Part shown: one piece after another, positions 21,604 to 31,954 of the stretch
How the letters are laid out: each line of letters starts with the position of its first letter
How positions within the stretch are numbered: the stretch's first letter is position 1
Source of the DNA: a bacterium
Lineage (GTDB): Bacteria; Zhuqueibacterota; Zhuqueibacteria; Residuimicrobiales; Krinioviventaceae
NCBI GenBank assembly: GCA_963693055.1
Contig: OY843751.1
Coordinates: forward strand, 448,001-512,000
Direction: 5' to 3'
DNA: 64,000 nucleotides
Notes under the pieces: model-generated
Told to the model about the DNA's origin: nothing
What the model saw: only the letters and a program-made list of their open reading frames with translations
Databases searched by the model: none
Translations under genes and position numbers: made by a program

Positions 21604-23121
21604 ATGCAGGAATATTTAATGGTAAACCAACTCTCTTTTGCTTACGAAAACAGTATTGAAACAATATTTGAAACCATTTCTTTTCAATTAAACCCCGGAT
21701 GGACCGGTTTTGTAGGTGCAAACGGGAGCGGGAAAACCACACTTTTAAAATTAATAACACGTGAAATCTCTCCGAATTCCGGATCTATAGCTTTTTCCGG
21801 AAATGCGATTTATTGTGAACAACGTACGGATCATTTACCTGACGGTTGTTTTGATTTTTTCAATTCCATGGAAAAGTATGCCTTTCGTTTAAAGGATATG
21901 CTGCAAATTGAGGATGACTGGCCGAACAGATGGAATACCCTAAGTCATGGCGAGCGTAAACGGTTGCAAATTGCTGTGGCTTTGTTTTCAAAACCCACGC
22001 TTCTTGCCATTGATGAACCTTCGAACCATCTTGATCAGAATGCTAAACAAATCTTGTTTCAGGCTTTGAAAACATTTCCCGGGATTGGTTTGTTGATTAG
22101 CCATGATCGAGAATTATTGGACAATCTATGTAACCAGACATTGTTTATAGATCCGCCCGGCATAGATATCCGGAAATGTAATTACAGTACTGCTTTTGCC
22201 GAAAGAGAACAAGAATCACGTTTTCTGATAGAAGAGCATGAAAAAGCAAAGCGAGAGGTCCGCCGGCTAAGAAAGAGAGTGGGGCAACAGCGCAATAAAG
22301 CAGATCAGGCGGATAAGCTCAAATCAAAACGAAACATTGCCAAAAAGGATTTTGATGCAAAATTAAAAATGGACCTGGCCCGTTTGACCGGTAAAGACGC
22401 TGTTGATGGGCGTATCCATAGCAGATTAAAGAGCCGGCTTGACAAGGCACAGGAACAGCAGCAGTCAACGCGTGTTAAAAAATCGTACCAGGGAGGCATT
22501 CGAATAGAGGGGAGTGGTGGTTTCCACAAATTCCCTGTGTTTGTCCCGGAAAAAGTACTGGCCCTGGGGGATGAAAGAGAGTTATATATCCCTGAACTGA
22601 AAATAGATGCTGATTCTCGTATTGGTATCTCGGGAGATAATGGATCAGGGAAAAGCTCGTTTTTGCGATATTTCCTCAGCCTTGACCTCATATCAACAGA
22701 GCAATACATTTATATTCCCCAGGAAATTGATATGGGCACGTCCAAAGAAATTCTGGCACGTACCCAAAAAATGGACAGTGCGGTCAAGGGGAGGTTGATG
22801 ACTATCATCCGGCGACTGGGATCAGCCCCCAACCGGCTGCTGGATAGTGAGATCCCTTCGCCAGGTGAAGTGAGAAAGTTGATGCTTGCGGAAGGGATGT
22901 TGAATGATCCGGTGTTGCTGATTATGGACGAACCCACCAATCACATGGACTTGTTTTCCATTCAGCATATAGAGTCTGCGTTAAAAGAGTTCCCGGGAGC
23001 AATGATGCTGGTCAGTCATGATCTGTTTTTTCTTAAATACACGGTTTCGTATTTATGGCATTTTGAACAGCGGGAGCAGAATAAATTTTCTATCATTGGA
23101 AACAATTTTGAAAATGGTTGA
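21604..23121 (+). CDS. ABC-F family ATP-binding protein
   Basis: Two NBDs (GANGSGKT...LSHGE...DEPSNHLD; GDNGSGKS...SPGE...DEPTNHMD), basic linker, no TM segments. Confidence 0.85.
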   Translation: MQEYLMVNQLSFAYENSIETIFETISFQLNPGWTGFVGANGSGKTTLLKLITREISPNSGSIAFSGNAIYCEQRTDHLPDGCFDFFNSMEKYAFRLKDMLQIEDDWPNRWNTLSHGERKRLQIAVALFSKPTLLAIDEPSNHLDQNAKQILFQALKTFPGIGLLISHDRELLDNLCNQTLFIDPPGIDIRKCNYSTAFAEREQESRFLIEEHEKAKREVRRLRKRVGQQRNKADQADKLKSKRNIAKKDFDAKLKMDLARLTGKDAVDGRIHSRLKSRLDKAQEQQQSTRVKKSYQGGIRIEGSGGFHKFPVFVPEKVLALGDERELYIPELKIDADSRIGISGDNGSGKSSFLRYFLSLDLISTEQYIYIPQEIDMGTSKEILARTQKMDSAVKGRLMTIIRRLGSAPNRLLDSEIPSPGEVRKLMLAEGMLNDPVLLIMDEPTNHMDLFSIQHIESALKEFPGAMMLVSHDLFFLKYTVSYLWHFEQREQNKFSIIGNNFENG

Positions 23122-23184
23122 GACTGATACAAGAAATCCGTATTATATTAATGATGGGATAATACATTAATTGAGGGTTAAGAA

Positions 23185-24582
23185 ATGAATAGTGTGCAGT
23201 CACGAAGATCGTTTATCAAGACTGTATCCATGTCTCTTGTTGTTTCAGGCATGGCTTGCAGTTCATTAAAGAAATCGACACCACCCAATGTTGTAATTAT
23301 TTTTCTGGATGATTCCGGATGGGGCGATTTTAAACCATTTGGCAACCCCGCGTATTCAACACCGAATGTTGAACAGCTTGCCAGTGAAGGCCGCTGTTTT
23401 CACCAGTTTTATGTGCCCCAGGCCGTGTGTTCCGCGTCTCGCGCGTCATTAATGACCGGGTGTTTCCCCGGACGTACCAAAGTATTTGGCGCACACCCTC
23501 CCAAAGCGAGAGGACTTGATCCGAAATTTGCAACAATGGGACAGGTGATGCAAAAACGCGGATACAAGACCGCGGTGTTTGGCAAATGGCATCTGGGCGA
23601 CCAGGACGAAACACGTCCACCGGTGAGAGGGTTTGACGAGTCTTGCGGATTGATGTATTCGAACGATATGTGGGAGTTCCATCCACAACATCCGGATAGC
23701 TATAAAGATGCTCCATTACATTTCTGGGAAAATGGCAAGGTCAAAGTTGAGCGTATGACACCCAAAGAACAGGAAATGCTAACCACATGGTATACCGAGC
23801 ATGCGGTAGATTTTATTAATCGCCATAAAGATGAGCCCTTTTTCCTCTATGTACCGCATTCTATGCCGCATGTGCCTATTTTTGCCAGTGAAAAATTCAA
23901 GGGTAAATCTGGCACCGGTTTGTATGGTGATGTCATGATGGAGCTTGACTGGTCGGTTGGTGAAATTGAAAAGGCGTTAAAAGAGAATGGACTGGAAGAA
24001 AATACACTGGTTATAATGACTTCTGATAATGGCCCCTGGACCAGCTATGGTAACCATGCGGGTGTAACACCGTATCGTGAAGCCAAAGGAACCAGCTTTG
24101 ATGGTGGTACCCGATCGGCATGTATTGTAAAATATCCGAAAAAGGTAGAAGCGGGAACGGTTTCGAATGAAGCCTGGTGCTCTATTGATATTATGCCGAC
24201 GGTTTGCCATGTGACAGGCGCTGAGCTTCCGGCTAACGAAATTGATGGTGAAAATGTATGGGATCTGGTTATTGGTAAACCGGGTGCAACGAATCCGCAT
24301 GAATATTATGAAATTTCAACTAGTAAAATATTTGAAGGTATTATTACTGGTGATGGCAAGTGGAAACTACATTTGCCGCATAGTTACAGGGTGTTAGAAT
24401 ATCCCGGTAATGGTGGAATGCCAGGTAAATACAATCGTGTGAACATTGAATTGTCTTTATTCGATATGAAAAATGATCCATACGAAACCACCAATGTGTT
24501 AGAGAAATATCCTGATGTTGCTGATAGACTGACAAAGCTAGCGGAAGCGCATCGGAAAAAATATTTTCCTGATCAGGTATAA
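23185..24582 (+). CDS. Arylsulfatase-family sulfatase
   Basis: CSASRASLMTG formylglycine motif, GKWHLG, SDNG; N-terminal SRRSFIK Tat-like signal. Confidence 0.92.
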   Translation: MNSVQSRRSFIKTVSMSLVVSGMACSSLKKSTPPNVVIIFLDDSGWGDFKPFGNPAYSTPNVEQLASEGRCFHQFYVPQAVCSASRASLMTGCFPGRTKVFGAHPPKARGLDPKFATMGQVMQKRGYKTAVFGKWHLGDQDETRPPVRGFDESCGLMYSNDMWEFHPQHPDSYKDAPLHFWENGKVKVERMTPKEQEMLTTWYTEHAVDFINRHKDEPFFLYVPHSMPHVPIFASEKFKGKSGTGLYGDVMMELDWSVGEIEKALKENGLEENTLVIMTSDNGPWTSYGNHAGVTPYREAKGTSFDGGTRSACIVKYPKKVEAGTVSNEAWCSIDIMPTVCHVTGAELPANEIDGENVWDLVIGKPGATNPHEYYEISTSKIFEGIITGDGKWKLHLPHSYRVLEYPGNGGMPGKYNRVNIELSLFDMKNDPYETTNVLEKYPDVADRLTKLAEAHRKKYFPDQV

Positions 24583-24588
24583 ACATTA

Positions 24589-24622
24589 GGGTGTGCTCAT
24601 ATTTTGAGTACACCTTTTTTTT
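24589..24622 (+). terminator. Intrinsic terminator
   Basis: ggtgtgctca-tattt-tgagtacacc followed by a T run. Confidence 0.75.
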
Positions 24623-24637
24623 AACAAGGAGGATTAA

Positions 24638-25171
24638 ATGGAACCCAGAATTATTGAAAATGCCGAGTATCATAGTATATTAAAAAAATATATTTTTATT
24701 TACATTTTGGGTGCTTTGATAGTTTCTATTGCGGGCCTGGTATTGTTGCCTGTTTGGTTAATTATGGGCAAATGGTATTCCAATTTGTATTTTAATAATC
24801 TCAGTTGTACACTGACGGAGAAAAATCTACAGTTGAAAAGGGGGCATTGGTTCAGAGTTGAAAAGACAATCCCTCTTGATAAAATCCAGGACCTTACCCT
24901 GCGGGAAGGTCCTCTGTTGAGAAAACTGGGGATTTGTACATTACAGGTGGAAACAGCAGGACAAAATAGCCCGGAAGGCAGCAGCGATGCCAAGATTATC
25001 GGTTTGCGAGATGCCAAGGTATTTCGGGACAAGGTGATGGCACAACGTGATATTTTGGCTGGGAACGAGTCGCTTTTTGAATATCCAAAATCTGAGGGTA
25101 TAACTGAATTATTGACAGAGATTCGGGATTTGTTGAAAAATATTGAGCGCTCTGTGAGTATAGGGCATTAG
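24638..25171 (+). CDS. Membrane protein with bacterial PH domain (YdbS-like)
   Basis: N-terminal TM segments; TIPLDKIQDL..REGPLLR..G..TLQVETAG. Confidence 0.8.
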   Translation: MEPRIIENAEYHSILKKYIFIYILGALIVSIAGLVLLPVWLIMGKWYSNLYFNNLSCTLTEKNLQLKRGHWFRVEKTIPLDKIQDLTLREGPLLRKLGICTLQVETAGQNSPEGSSDAKIIGLRDAKVFRDKVMAQRDILAGNESLFEYPKSEGITELLTEIRDLLKNIERSVSIGH

Positions 25172-25286
25172 GTACACATTTTACGGGTTTTGTAGAATTA
25201 AATACTAATTTGAGATTCGAGAAGATTTATGAAATGCCTGTTCATTCGTGTTTGTTATCTATGTAAAGCTAAATATGAGGTGTTTT

Positions 25287-26168
25287 ATGAGTATACGTAA
25301 AATGTACAAAATCTTGACTGCTCGCCCTACTGTAGAAGGAAATGGTGTACATTTAAAACGTGCCTTTGGTATACCTTTTATACCCGAGTTGGACCCGTTT
25401 TTACTTTTAGATGATTTTCATTCAAATAAACCTGAAGATTATAATAAAGGTTTCCCCTGGCACCCGCATCGGGGAATTGAGACCATTACCTATGTGCTTG
25501 AAGGCAAAGTTGAACATAGTGACAGCCTGGGACACAAGGGTGTAATCAACGGTGGCGAAGTACAGTGGATGACCGCCGGCAGTGGTATTATTCATCAGGA
25601 AATGCCGGAAGGTGAATTTGATGGTAGAATGTGGGGCATGCAATTGTGGGCCAATTTACCCTCTTCGCGTAAAATGATGGAACCCCGTTACCGTGAGATC
25701 AAAGTTAAAGAGATCCCTTTTTTCAAACTGGATTCCGGTGTTGAGGTGGGTGTGATTTGCGGGCAGATTAATGGAGCGGCGGGTCCTGTACGGGATATTG
25801 TAATTGATCCCGAGTATCTGGATATTACCATCCCTCCCGATACGTTTTTTACTCACAAGGTAAAAGAAGGTTACACTGTTTTTGCATATGTGTTGGAAGG
25901 AAGCGGCTGCTTTGGTTTGGATGCGGAAGATCCTTTGGAAATGAACCGTATCAATAACGGATTTGCGGAAAAGGAAAATCTGGTTATTTTTAAAGATGGG
26001 GATGAAGTGATTATTGGCAGTAAAGCGGGTGTTCGGTTTTTATTGATCTCTGGCAAACCTATCAAAGAACGGGTAGCCTGGTATGGTCCTATAGTTATGA
26101 ATACCGAAGAAGAACTCGACCAGGCCATAGCCGAATATCAGAACGGTACGTTTTTAAAACATAAATAG
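25287..26168 (+). CDS. Pirin family protein
   Basis: DPFLLLDDF, GFPWHPHRGIETITY, WMTAGSGIIHQE, YGPIVMN. Confidence 0.93.
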   Translation: MSIRKMYKILTARPTVEGNGVHLKRAFGIPFIPELDPFLLLDDFHSNKPEDYNKGFPWHPHRGIETITYVLEGKVEHSDSLGHKGVINGGEVQWMTAGSGIIHQEMPEGEFDGRMWGMQLWANLPSSRKMMEPRYREIKVKEIPFFKLDSGVEVGVICGQINGAAGPVRDIVIDPEYLDITIPPDTFFTHKVKEGYTVFAYVLEGSGCFGLDAEDPLEMNRINNGFAEKENLVIFKDGDEVIIGSKAGVRFLLISGKPIKERVAWYGPIVMNTEEELDQAIAEYQNGTFLKHK

Positions 26169-26218
26169 TATATGTATTGGGTGGATCATCGGGGCTGAAT
26201 CTTTTTTTTGGATAGAAT

Positions 26219-27202
26219 ATGTTTGGAATGAAATGGGTCGTAGTAATGGGACTGGGGCTGCTCTCTGTTTGTGATTTTAGTGAACCGGTTGTACCGGATG
26301 ATAATTTGGATTATCGGCAGCAAATGCGCCGTTTTGTAACGGATTTAAGCTTGCATGCAAAACTTTGCTCACCGGGTTTTATTGTTATTCCTCAAAATGG
26401 CCAGGAATTGATTACCGTAGATGGTGATACGGATGCTGAATTGGTAAAGGATTATCTGCGTTTTATTGATGGCACCGGACGTGAAGACCTTTTCTACGGA
26501 TATGATAATGACAATACAGCAACCCCTGCGGATGAGCGTGATTATATGCTGGCGCATTGTGACCGTTGTGAACAAAATGGTGTAGAGGTGCTGGTGATCG
26601 ATTACTGTTCTACCCATTCCAAAATGGACGATTCGTATCAGAAAGGCCGTGAACATGGATTCATCTCTTTTGCCGCACCCGAACGGGACCTTAATGTTAT
26701 TCCTGATTATCCGCAGCAGCCTTTTAGGGTGAATGACAACGACATCCATACCCTGGGGGATGCAAAAAATTTCCTTTATCTCATTAATCCTGAGAATTTT
26801 GCATCAAAACAGGAATTTATTGATGCGGTTTCAAAAACGGATTATGATCTGCTGGTTATGGATTGCTTTTTTAATGACGAATTGTTCACTCAAAATGAAC
26901 TGGAACAATTGAAGCAAAAAGCCAATGGCGGTGTGCGGCTGGTTGTATCTTATATGAGTATTGGTGAAGCAGAGGATTACCGATATTACTGGCAGGAGGA
27001 GTGGAGCAAAAATCCACCCGAGTGGCTGGAGCGTGAAAATCCGGACTGGGAGGGCAACTATAAGGTCAAATACTGGCAGCCGGAATGGCAGTCTGTGATC
27101 TTTGGCAGTGACTCATCCTATTTGGATATCATACTCAATTCGGGTTTTGATGGTGTTTATCTGGATATTATTGACGCGTTCGAGTATTTTGAGAATCTCT
27201 GA
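26219..27202 (+). CDS. GH114-like endo-alpha-1,4-polygalactosaminidase lipoprotein (TM1410/MJ1477-like)
   Basis: IPQNG, SYMSIGEAEDYRYYW, ENPDWEGNYKVKYW, GFDGVYLD. Confidence 0.8.
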   Translation: MFGMKWVVVMGLGLLSVCDFSEPVVPDDNLDYRQQMRRFVTDLSLHAKLCSPGFIVIPQNGQELITVDGDTDAELVKDYLRFIDGTGREDLFYGYDNDNTATPADERDYMLAHCDRCEQNGVEVLVIDYCSTHSKMDDSYQKGREHGFISFAAPERDLNVIPDYPQQPFRVNDNDIHTLGDAKNFLYLINPENFASKQEFIDAVSKTDYDLLVMDCFFNDELFTQNELEQLKQKANGGVRLVVSYMSIGEAEDYRYYWQEEWSKNPPEWLERENPDWEGNYKVKYWQPEWQSVIFGSDSSYLDIILNSGFDGVYLDIIDAFEYFENL

Positions 27203-27367
27203 TAAATATTCAGTCTTTTGGTTATGGCAATTGAAAAAAATCCACATTTCTATTGTTTTCTATTCCTGAAATTTTTTAATTAATTAACAGTAATTGTTTA
27301 TGATTCAACTCCTCCGGGTTATGTGTATAAAGATTTTTAAATTTAATTTTAAATTGCAGGAGAGAAT

Positions 27368-27527
27368 ATGAATAATCAAAACGGCTGCTGGAGTATTATG
27401 TAATTGCCAGTGCGTTAATATGGGGCGTTACCATTCTGGGCTGTGCTTACAAGCTCAAAGGTGCCGGGTATACATCTGATTATGATTTGGGGGCCACTGG
27501 CAGCATAATTGAAAAAGAAAAAGTAAG
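27368..27527 (+). pseudogene. Probable frameshifted remnant of a small membrane-protein gene
   Basis: RBS aggag and ATG; hydrophobic segments LLEYYVIASALIWGVTILGC and IHLIMIWGPLAA fall in different frames. Confidence 0.4.
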
Positions 27528-27573
27528 AGATGTCTGGTTCATGATTTTCATTTTCCAATAATTGGAGGTAGTT

Positions 27574-27900
27574 GTGAAAAAAACCGTTTTGGGATTAATT
27601 ACAGGGACGGTTCTGGGTTTACTGGACGGGGCGTCTGCAATATTTATCCCTGAAGCCAAAGAAATGTTAATGTTTATTATTGTCTTTGCCACCCTGAAAG
27701 GTACAATAACAGGATTACTGGGCGGGATAGCAAGTAGGAAATTGAATAAAACATTACTTTGCGTTTTGGCAGGAGGAGGGATTGGATTGATATTATCATT
27801 CCTGACTGCTTTGCAATCCGGTTCGTTTATGGTTATTGTGCTGCCTGGTACTGTGTTGGGATTTGTTGTTGGGTATGTAACCGCTAAATGGGGCAAGTAG
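27574..27900 (+). CDS. Small Gly-rich integral membrane protein
   Basis: RBS ggagg plus GTG; about four hydrophobic helices. Confidence 0.7.
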   Translation: MKKTVLGLITGTVLGLLDGASAIFIPEAKEMLMFIIVFATLKGTITGLLGGIASRKLNKTLLCVLAGGGIGLILSFLTALQSGSFMVIVLPGTVLGFVVGYVTAKWGK

Positions 27901-28083
27901 TTATCAAAAGAATGATTTTGGAAGAATAATAGTATTTTCATTGTAACCCACTTCCCGGAGCTGGGTCTGTAAAATAAAAAACCGGTGCTTTGATACGTCC
28001 CGAAGCAAGTTCGGGACACTCTGCAACCGGTTAATGAATGATCGTGAAGGAGATAAGCAAAGCGTTCTCCGTCACGGAGAAAT

Positions 28084-29733
28084 CTATTTCTGTTCTACAA
28101 ATTGCGCTCGTAGTGCGACCTTGTTCACTTTACCAACACTGGTTTTGGGAATTGCTTCAGCGCGTTTGACCTTTATGGTAATCGCTTCGCGCGGCACCCT
28201 ACCGGCATCCACTGCGGCTTTGACCAGTTTTACAATCTCCCTGTCGCTGAATTCCGCATCCGGTTTTGGTATTAGGATTGCCATGGGGACTTCACCCCAG
28301 CTTTCATCAGGATATCCGATAACTGCTACTTCGGCAACGCCTTCGTGTTTGGCAATCACATCTTCCAGTTCGAGCGAGCTGAGCCATTCGCCGCCAACCT
28401 TGATCACGTCCTTGGTGCGATCAGTGATACGGAAACTGTTGTTTTCATCAATGCAGGAAACATCGTTAGTATGCATCCAGCCGCCTGCCCACAACTGTTC
28501 GGAATGGGTATGGTCTTTGAGATACCCCTGGGTCAGGTACGGGGTACGCATCACGATCTCGCCCTGGGTCTTGTCGTCACGTGGTACATCGTTGCCGTTT
28601 TCATCCACAACGCGCATTTGTGCCAGACCTATGGGTTTTCCGGTACGACAGCGGATTTTAGCCTGTTCCTCAAAAGAGAGAGCCAGCTCTTTGTCTTTTA
28701 ATTGCGAGAGCGAAACCACGGGACACGTTTCAGACATGCCATAACCACCATACACATCAATGCCGCGTTTGAGTCCCTCAATACAAATGGATTTGTTGAG
28801 TGCAGCGCCGCCAATAATGCAGGTCCAGTTCGAGAGATCATATTTTGCGGCTTCCGGATCTTTTAAAAGCATGTTTAGAATAGTGGGTACACAATGGCTG
28901 AATGTGACCTTGTGTGTAAGCAGCAGCTTTAACAGCATGGACGGAACATATTTACCGGGATACACCTGTTTAACACCCAAAAAAGTGGCCATATATGGCA
29001 CACCCCAGGCATGAACATGAAACATGGGGGTGATGGGCATATAAACCGATTCCCGGTGAAACCGTCCCTGCGTAGAGGGGGTTGACAGTGAAGTCAGAGA
29101 CGCAAGTGTGTGTAAAACCAGCTGCCGGTGCGAGAAATAAACGCCTTTGGGGAACCCGGTAGTGCCGGTTGTGTAAAAAGTTGTGGCGCGCGTGTTTTCA
29201 TCAAAGTCGGGGAAATCATATGTTGGAGAAGCCTTGGCAAGCAGTTCTTCATACTCGCCTTCAAATTGAAGATGGTTTTCGGCCACCTCTCCTCCATCCT
29301 CGATGAGAACGAATTTCCGGTCTTCAATAATGCGTCCTTTGACCGCTTCCAGCAGGGGAACAAAGTCGGCATGACAGACAATCACATCGTCTTCAGCATG
29401 CTCAATAGTATAGACCAGTTGATCGGGGGACAGGCGCACATTGATCGTGTGCAAAACCGCTCCCATCATGGGCACAGCGTAATAGGCTTCCAGATAGCGA
29501 TGCGAGTCCCAATCCATAAACGCAACCGTATCTCCCGGTTTTACGCCCAGATCTGCCAGTGCGTTAGCCAACCTGTGCACCCGTTCTTTCCAGGTTTTAT
29601 AGGTCAGGGTCACCTGGTCGCGATAAACGATCTCCTGATCGGGATCATAATCGGCCGGGGCGTCAAAAAGTTGCTTGATCAACAGGGGGTACTCGTATGC
29701 CAATGGATTTTTTTCAATCATGTTCACCACCAT
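28084..29733 (-). CDS. Fatty-acid--CoA ligase (AMP-forming)
   Basis: YTTGTTGFPKG, PMFHVHAWG, GYGMSET, PKTSVGK. Confidence 0.92.
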   Translation of the reverse strand: MVVNMIEKNPLAYEYPLLIKQLFDAPADYDPDQEIVYRDQVTLTYKTWKERVHRLANALADLGVKPGDTVAFMDWDSHRYLEAYYAVPMMGAVLHTINVRLSPDQLVYTIEHAEDDVIVCHADFVPLLEAVKGRIIEDRKFVLIEDGGEVAENHLQFEGEYEELLAKASPTYDFPDFDENTRATTFYTTGTTGFPKGVYFSHRQLVLHTLASLTSLSTPSTQGRFHRESVYMPITPMFHVHAWGVPYMATFLGVKQVYPGKYVPSMLLKLLLTHKVTFSHCVPTILNMLLKDPEAAKYDLSNWTCIIGGAALNKSICIEGLKRGIDVYGGYGMSETCPVVSLSQLKDKELALSFEEQAKIRCRTGKPIGLAQMRVVDENGNDVPRDDKTQGEIVMRTPYLTQGYLKDHTHSEQLWAGGWMHTNDVSCIDENNSFRITDRTKDVIKVGGEWLSSLELEDVIAKHEGVAEVAVIGYPDESWGEVPMAILIPKPDAEFSDREIVKLVKAAVDAGRVPREAITIKVKRAEAIPKTSVGKVNKVALRAQFVEQK

Positions 29734-29914
29734 AATTTTGGGTTTTTATATTGAATGATTTGCTTTTTCATTGTCAATTTGACGGGTTTTCGATGGATTT
29801 AACATACGTAAAATAAGGGATTGATATTAAAAGCACAATGCAAAAAATGAATATTTTTCAGTTTTTCGCTGGGGATGAGAGAGGACGAGTAAAAGTTTTG
29901 ATCATGAAATTTTC

Positions 29915-29943
29915 TTGACAAAAATGGATTTTTTGAGTACTCT
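29915..29943 (+). promoter_or_regulatory. Sigma-70-type promoter
   Basis: TTGACA-N17-TACTCT. Confidence 0.5.
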
Positions 29944-30091
29944 TTGAAATATATAATACATGATTTGTAATAATATTTGCTTTACATGGGATAGTTTATT
30001 GCCTGTGGATTTTTGCTGTGAATATGAAAAGTTCTATAGATCGGATAAGACGGGCCTTGCAAGGCATGAAACGATTTGTAAAGGATCAATA

Positions 30092-30904
30092 ATGAAGATT
30101 AGATTAGTCATTTTTTTATTTTTTGTCGCCACCACATTTGCACATGCCAGCGATAGTTTATTTGGTAATTTTGAAATGATCGAATTCGAATTCAAGGGGC
30201 ATGATGCTAAAATCGTATTTCCGAATGAACCGAACAGTAATGGATACTGGATATGGCGGGCCCGTTTTTGGGGACACGAGCCGCAGCTTGATATTCAATT
30301 GCTTGAACGCGGATTCCATGTTGCTTTTGTTGATGTCGGTGGAATGTTTGGCAGTCCCGAAGCGGTAGCGTTGTGGAACGCGTTTTATGATTTTATCACT
30401 AAAAAATATAATTTGAACACCCGTGTTGTGCTTGAGGGTATGAGTAGAGGAGGTTTAATTGTTTACAATTGGGCGTCTCAAAATACGGATAAAGTGTTTT
30501 GCATTTATGCGGATGCTCCTGTGTGTGATATAAAAAGCTGGCCGGGGGGATTGTTCAAGGGGCAGGGAAGTCCTGCGGATTGGCAGCAATGTTTAGCCGC
30601 CTATAATTTGAATGAGGAATCTGTTTTAACTTTTGAGGGAAATCCTGTTTCGACGTGCGTTAATGTTGCTAAGGCTCATATTCCGGTAATCCATGTTTGC
30701 GGTGATTCAGACACGGTTGTTCTCTATAAAGAAAATACAGAGATTCTGGCCGAAAAATTTAGGGAAGCTGGTGGAACTATCGAAATTATTTTAAAGCCGG
30801 GAGTTGGCCATCATCCGCATTCGCTTGAGGACCCCAAGCCCATTGTAGATTTTATCTTGAAAAGTGTCTCAAAAATGGAAGCAGAGATTTTTGATAAAAA
30901 TTGA
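30092..30904 (+). CDS. Exported alpha/beta-hydrolase
   Basis: Signal peptide; EGMSRGG, GDSDTVV, GHHPH. Confidence 0.8.
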   Translation: MKIRLVIFLFFVATTFAHASDSLFGNFEMIEFEFKGHDAKIVFPNEPNSNGYWIWRARFWGHEPQLDIQLLERGFHVAFVDVGGMFGSPEAVALWNAFYDFITKKYNLNTRVVLEGMSRGGLIVYNWASQNTDKVFCIYADAPVCDIKSWPGGLFKGQGSPADWQQCLAAYNLNEESVLTFEGNPVSTCVNVAKAHIPVIHVCGDSDTVVLYKENTEILAEKFREAGGTIEIILKPGVGHHPHSLEDPKPIVDFILKSVSKMEAEIFDKN

Positions 30905-30973
30905 GCAGGATTAAGAACTGTAAATTTGATGGGTTTTTGATGGTTTTAACATACGTTAAGTATGGTATAAGAT

Positions 30974-31091
30974 CGCCCGGCATATTGATGCCTGGCGGAA
31001 CATTTATCAGGACATTTGTCCTGATGTATGATTCAATGTGCGGGACGGATGTCCCGGAAAAATATTCCGCGATGCAGGGAGCTGCATTGCG
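30974..31091 (+). ncRNA. Candidate structured RNA or hairpin array upstream of menG
   Basis: Four consecutive stems with 4-nt loops, preceded by TGGTATAAG; strand inferred from that motif. Confidence 0.4.
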
Positions 31092-31210
31092 ATTACGTTT
31101 AATAACGCCATTCCAGCTACCCTTTATCCCAAAATGTAAACAATTCCGGGTGAAAACCTGTTGCTTCCCAGCATAAATTTCTGTATTTTAGCATCTTGAA
31201 CGAGATTATT

Positions 31211-31942
31211 ATGCCGAAATCGACTGATCAACATATTGACAATACAGCCAAGGCCGAAAGCTGGCGTATGTTTGACCGCATATCCGGGCGGTACGACCTG
31301 CTCAACCGGCTGCTGTCCCTGCGTATTGATAAAAGCTGGCGCAAACGCATGCTCCGTCATCTGCCGCAACGAGCAGGACTCACCATTCTGGATACCGCTA
31401 CAGGTACCGGAGATGTTTTACTGACCCTGGCCCAAAGCGCATTTGTAAGGCGAGGAATTGGCATAGACCCGGCGCAGGAAATGCTTGCCGTAGGTCGTGA
31501 AAAGATTGCAAAACAGGAACTGAATGACAGCCTCACCCTGCTGCCCGCGAACGCGCTCGATCTGCCGGTCAAAGACAATGGCGTGGATGTGGTGACCATA
31601 TCTTTTGGTATCCGGAATGTTCCGGATGTGCCGCGCGCGCTGCAAGAGATGCATCGGGTGCTGAATGAAAAGGGCAGGTTGATGGTGCTCGAGTTTTCGC
31701 TGCCCGGCAATAAAATTATACGGAATATGTATCTGCTCTATTTTCGTTATATATTACCGAAAATTGGTGCGTGGATTTCCGGTGATGCCGGCGCGTATGG
31801 CTATTTGAACAAATCGGTTGAAGATTTTCCATATGGCAATGCATTTGCAAAACTGCTGTTTGAGGCAGGATTTTACAAGGTCTCTGTTAATCCCCTGACC
31901 CTGGGCATTGCAACTTTATATATTGCTGATAAAAAGAAATAA
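31211..31942 (+). CDS. menG: Demethylmenaquinone methyltransferase (MenG/UbiE)
   Basis: MFDRISGRYDLLNRLLS, LDTATGTGD, ISFGIRNV, LEFS. Confidence 0.92.
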   Translation: MPKSTDQHIDNTAKAESWRMFDRISGRYDLLNRLLSLRIDKSWRKRMLRHLPQRAGLTILDTATGTGDVLLTLAQSAFVRRGIGIDPAQEMLAVGREKIAKQELNDSLTLLPANALDLPVKDNGVDVVTISFGIRNVPDVPRALQEMHRVLNEKGRLMVLEFSLPGNKIIRNMYLLYFRYILPKIGAWISGDAGAYGYLNKSVEDFPYGNAFAKLLFEAGFYKVSVNPLTLGIATLYIADKKK

Positions 31943-31954
31943 GCAGAGGATTTT

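Noticed and set aside
28084-29733. menE assignment for the acyl-CoA ligase near the men cluster
   Set aside because: It is on the opposite strand, separated from the cluster, and its motifs fit fatty-acyl-CoA ligases.
30901-31176. 91 aa ORF upstream of menG
   Set aside because: TTG start without a clear RBS and no recognisable motif; the region is better explained by hairpin structure.
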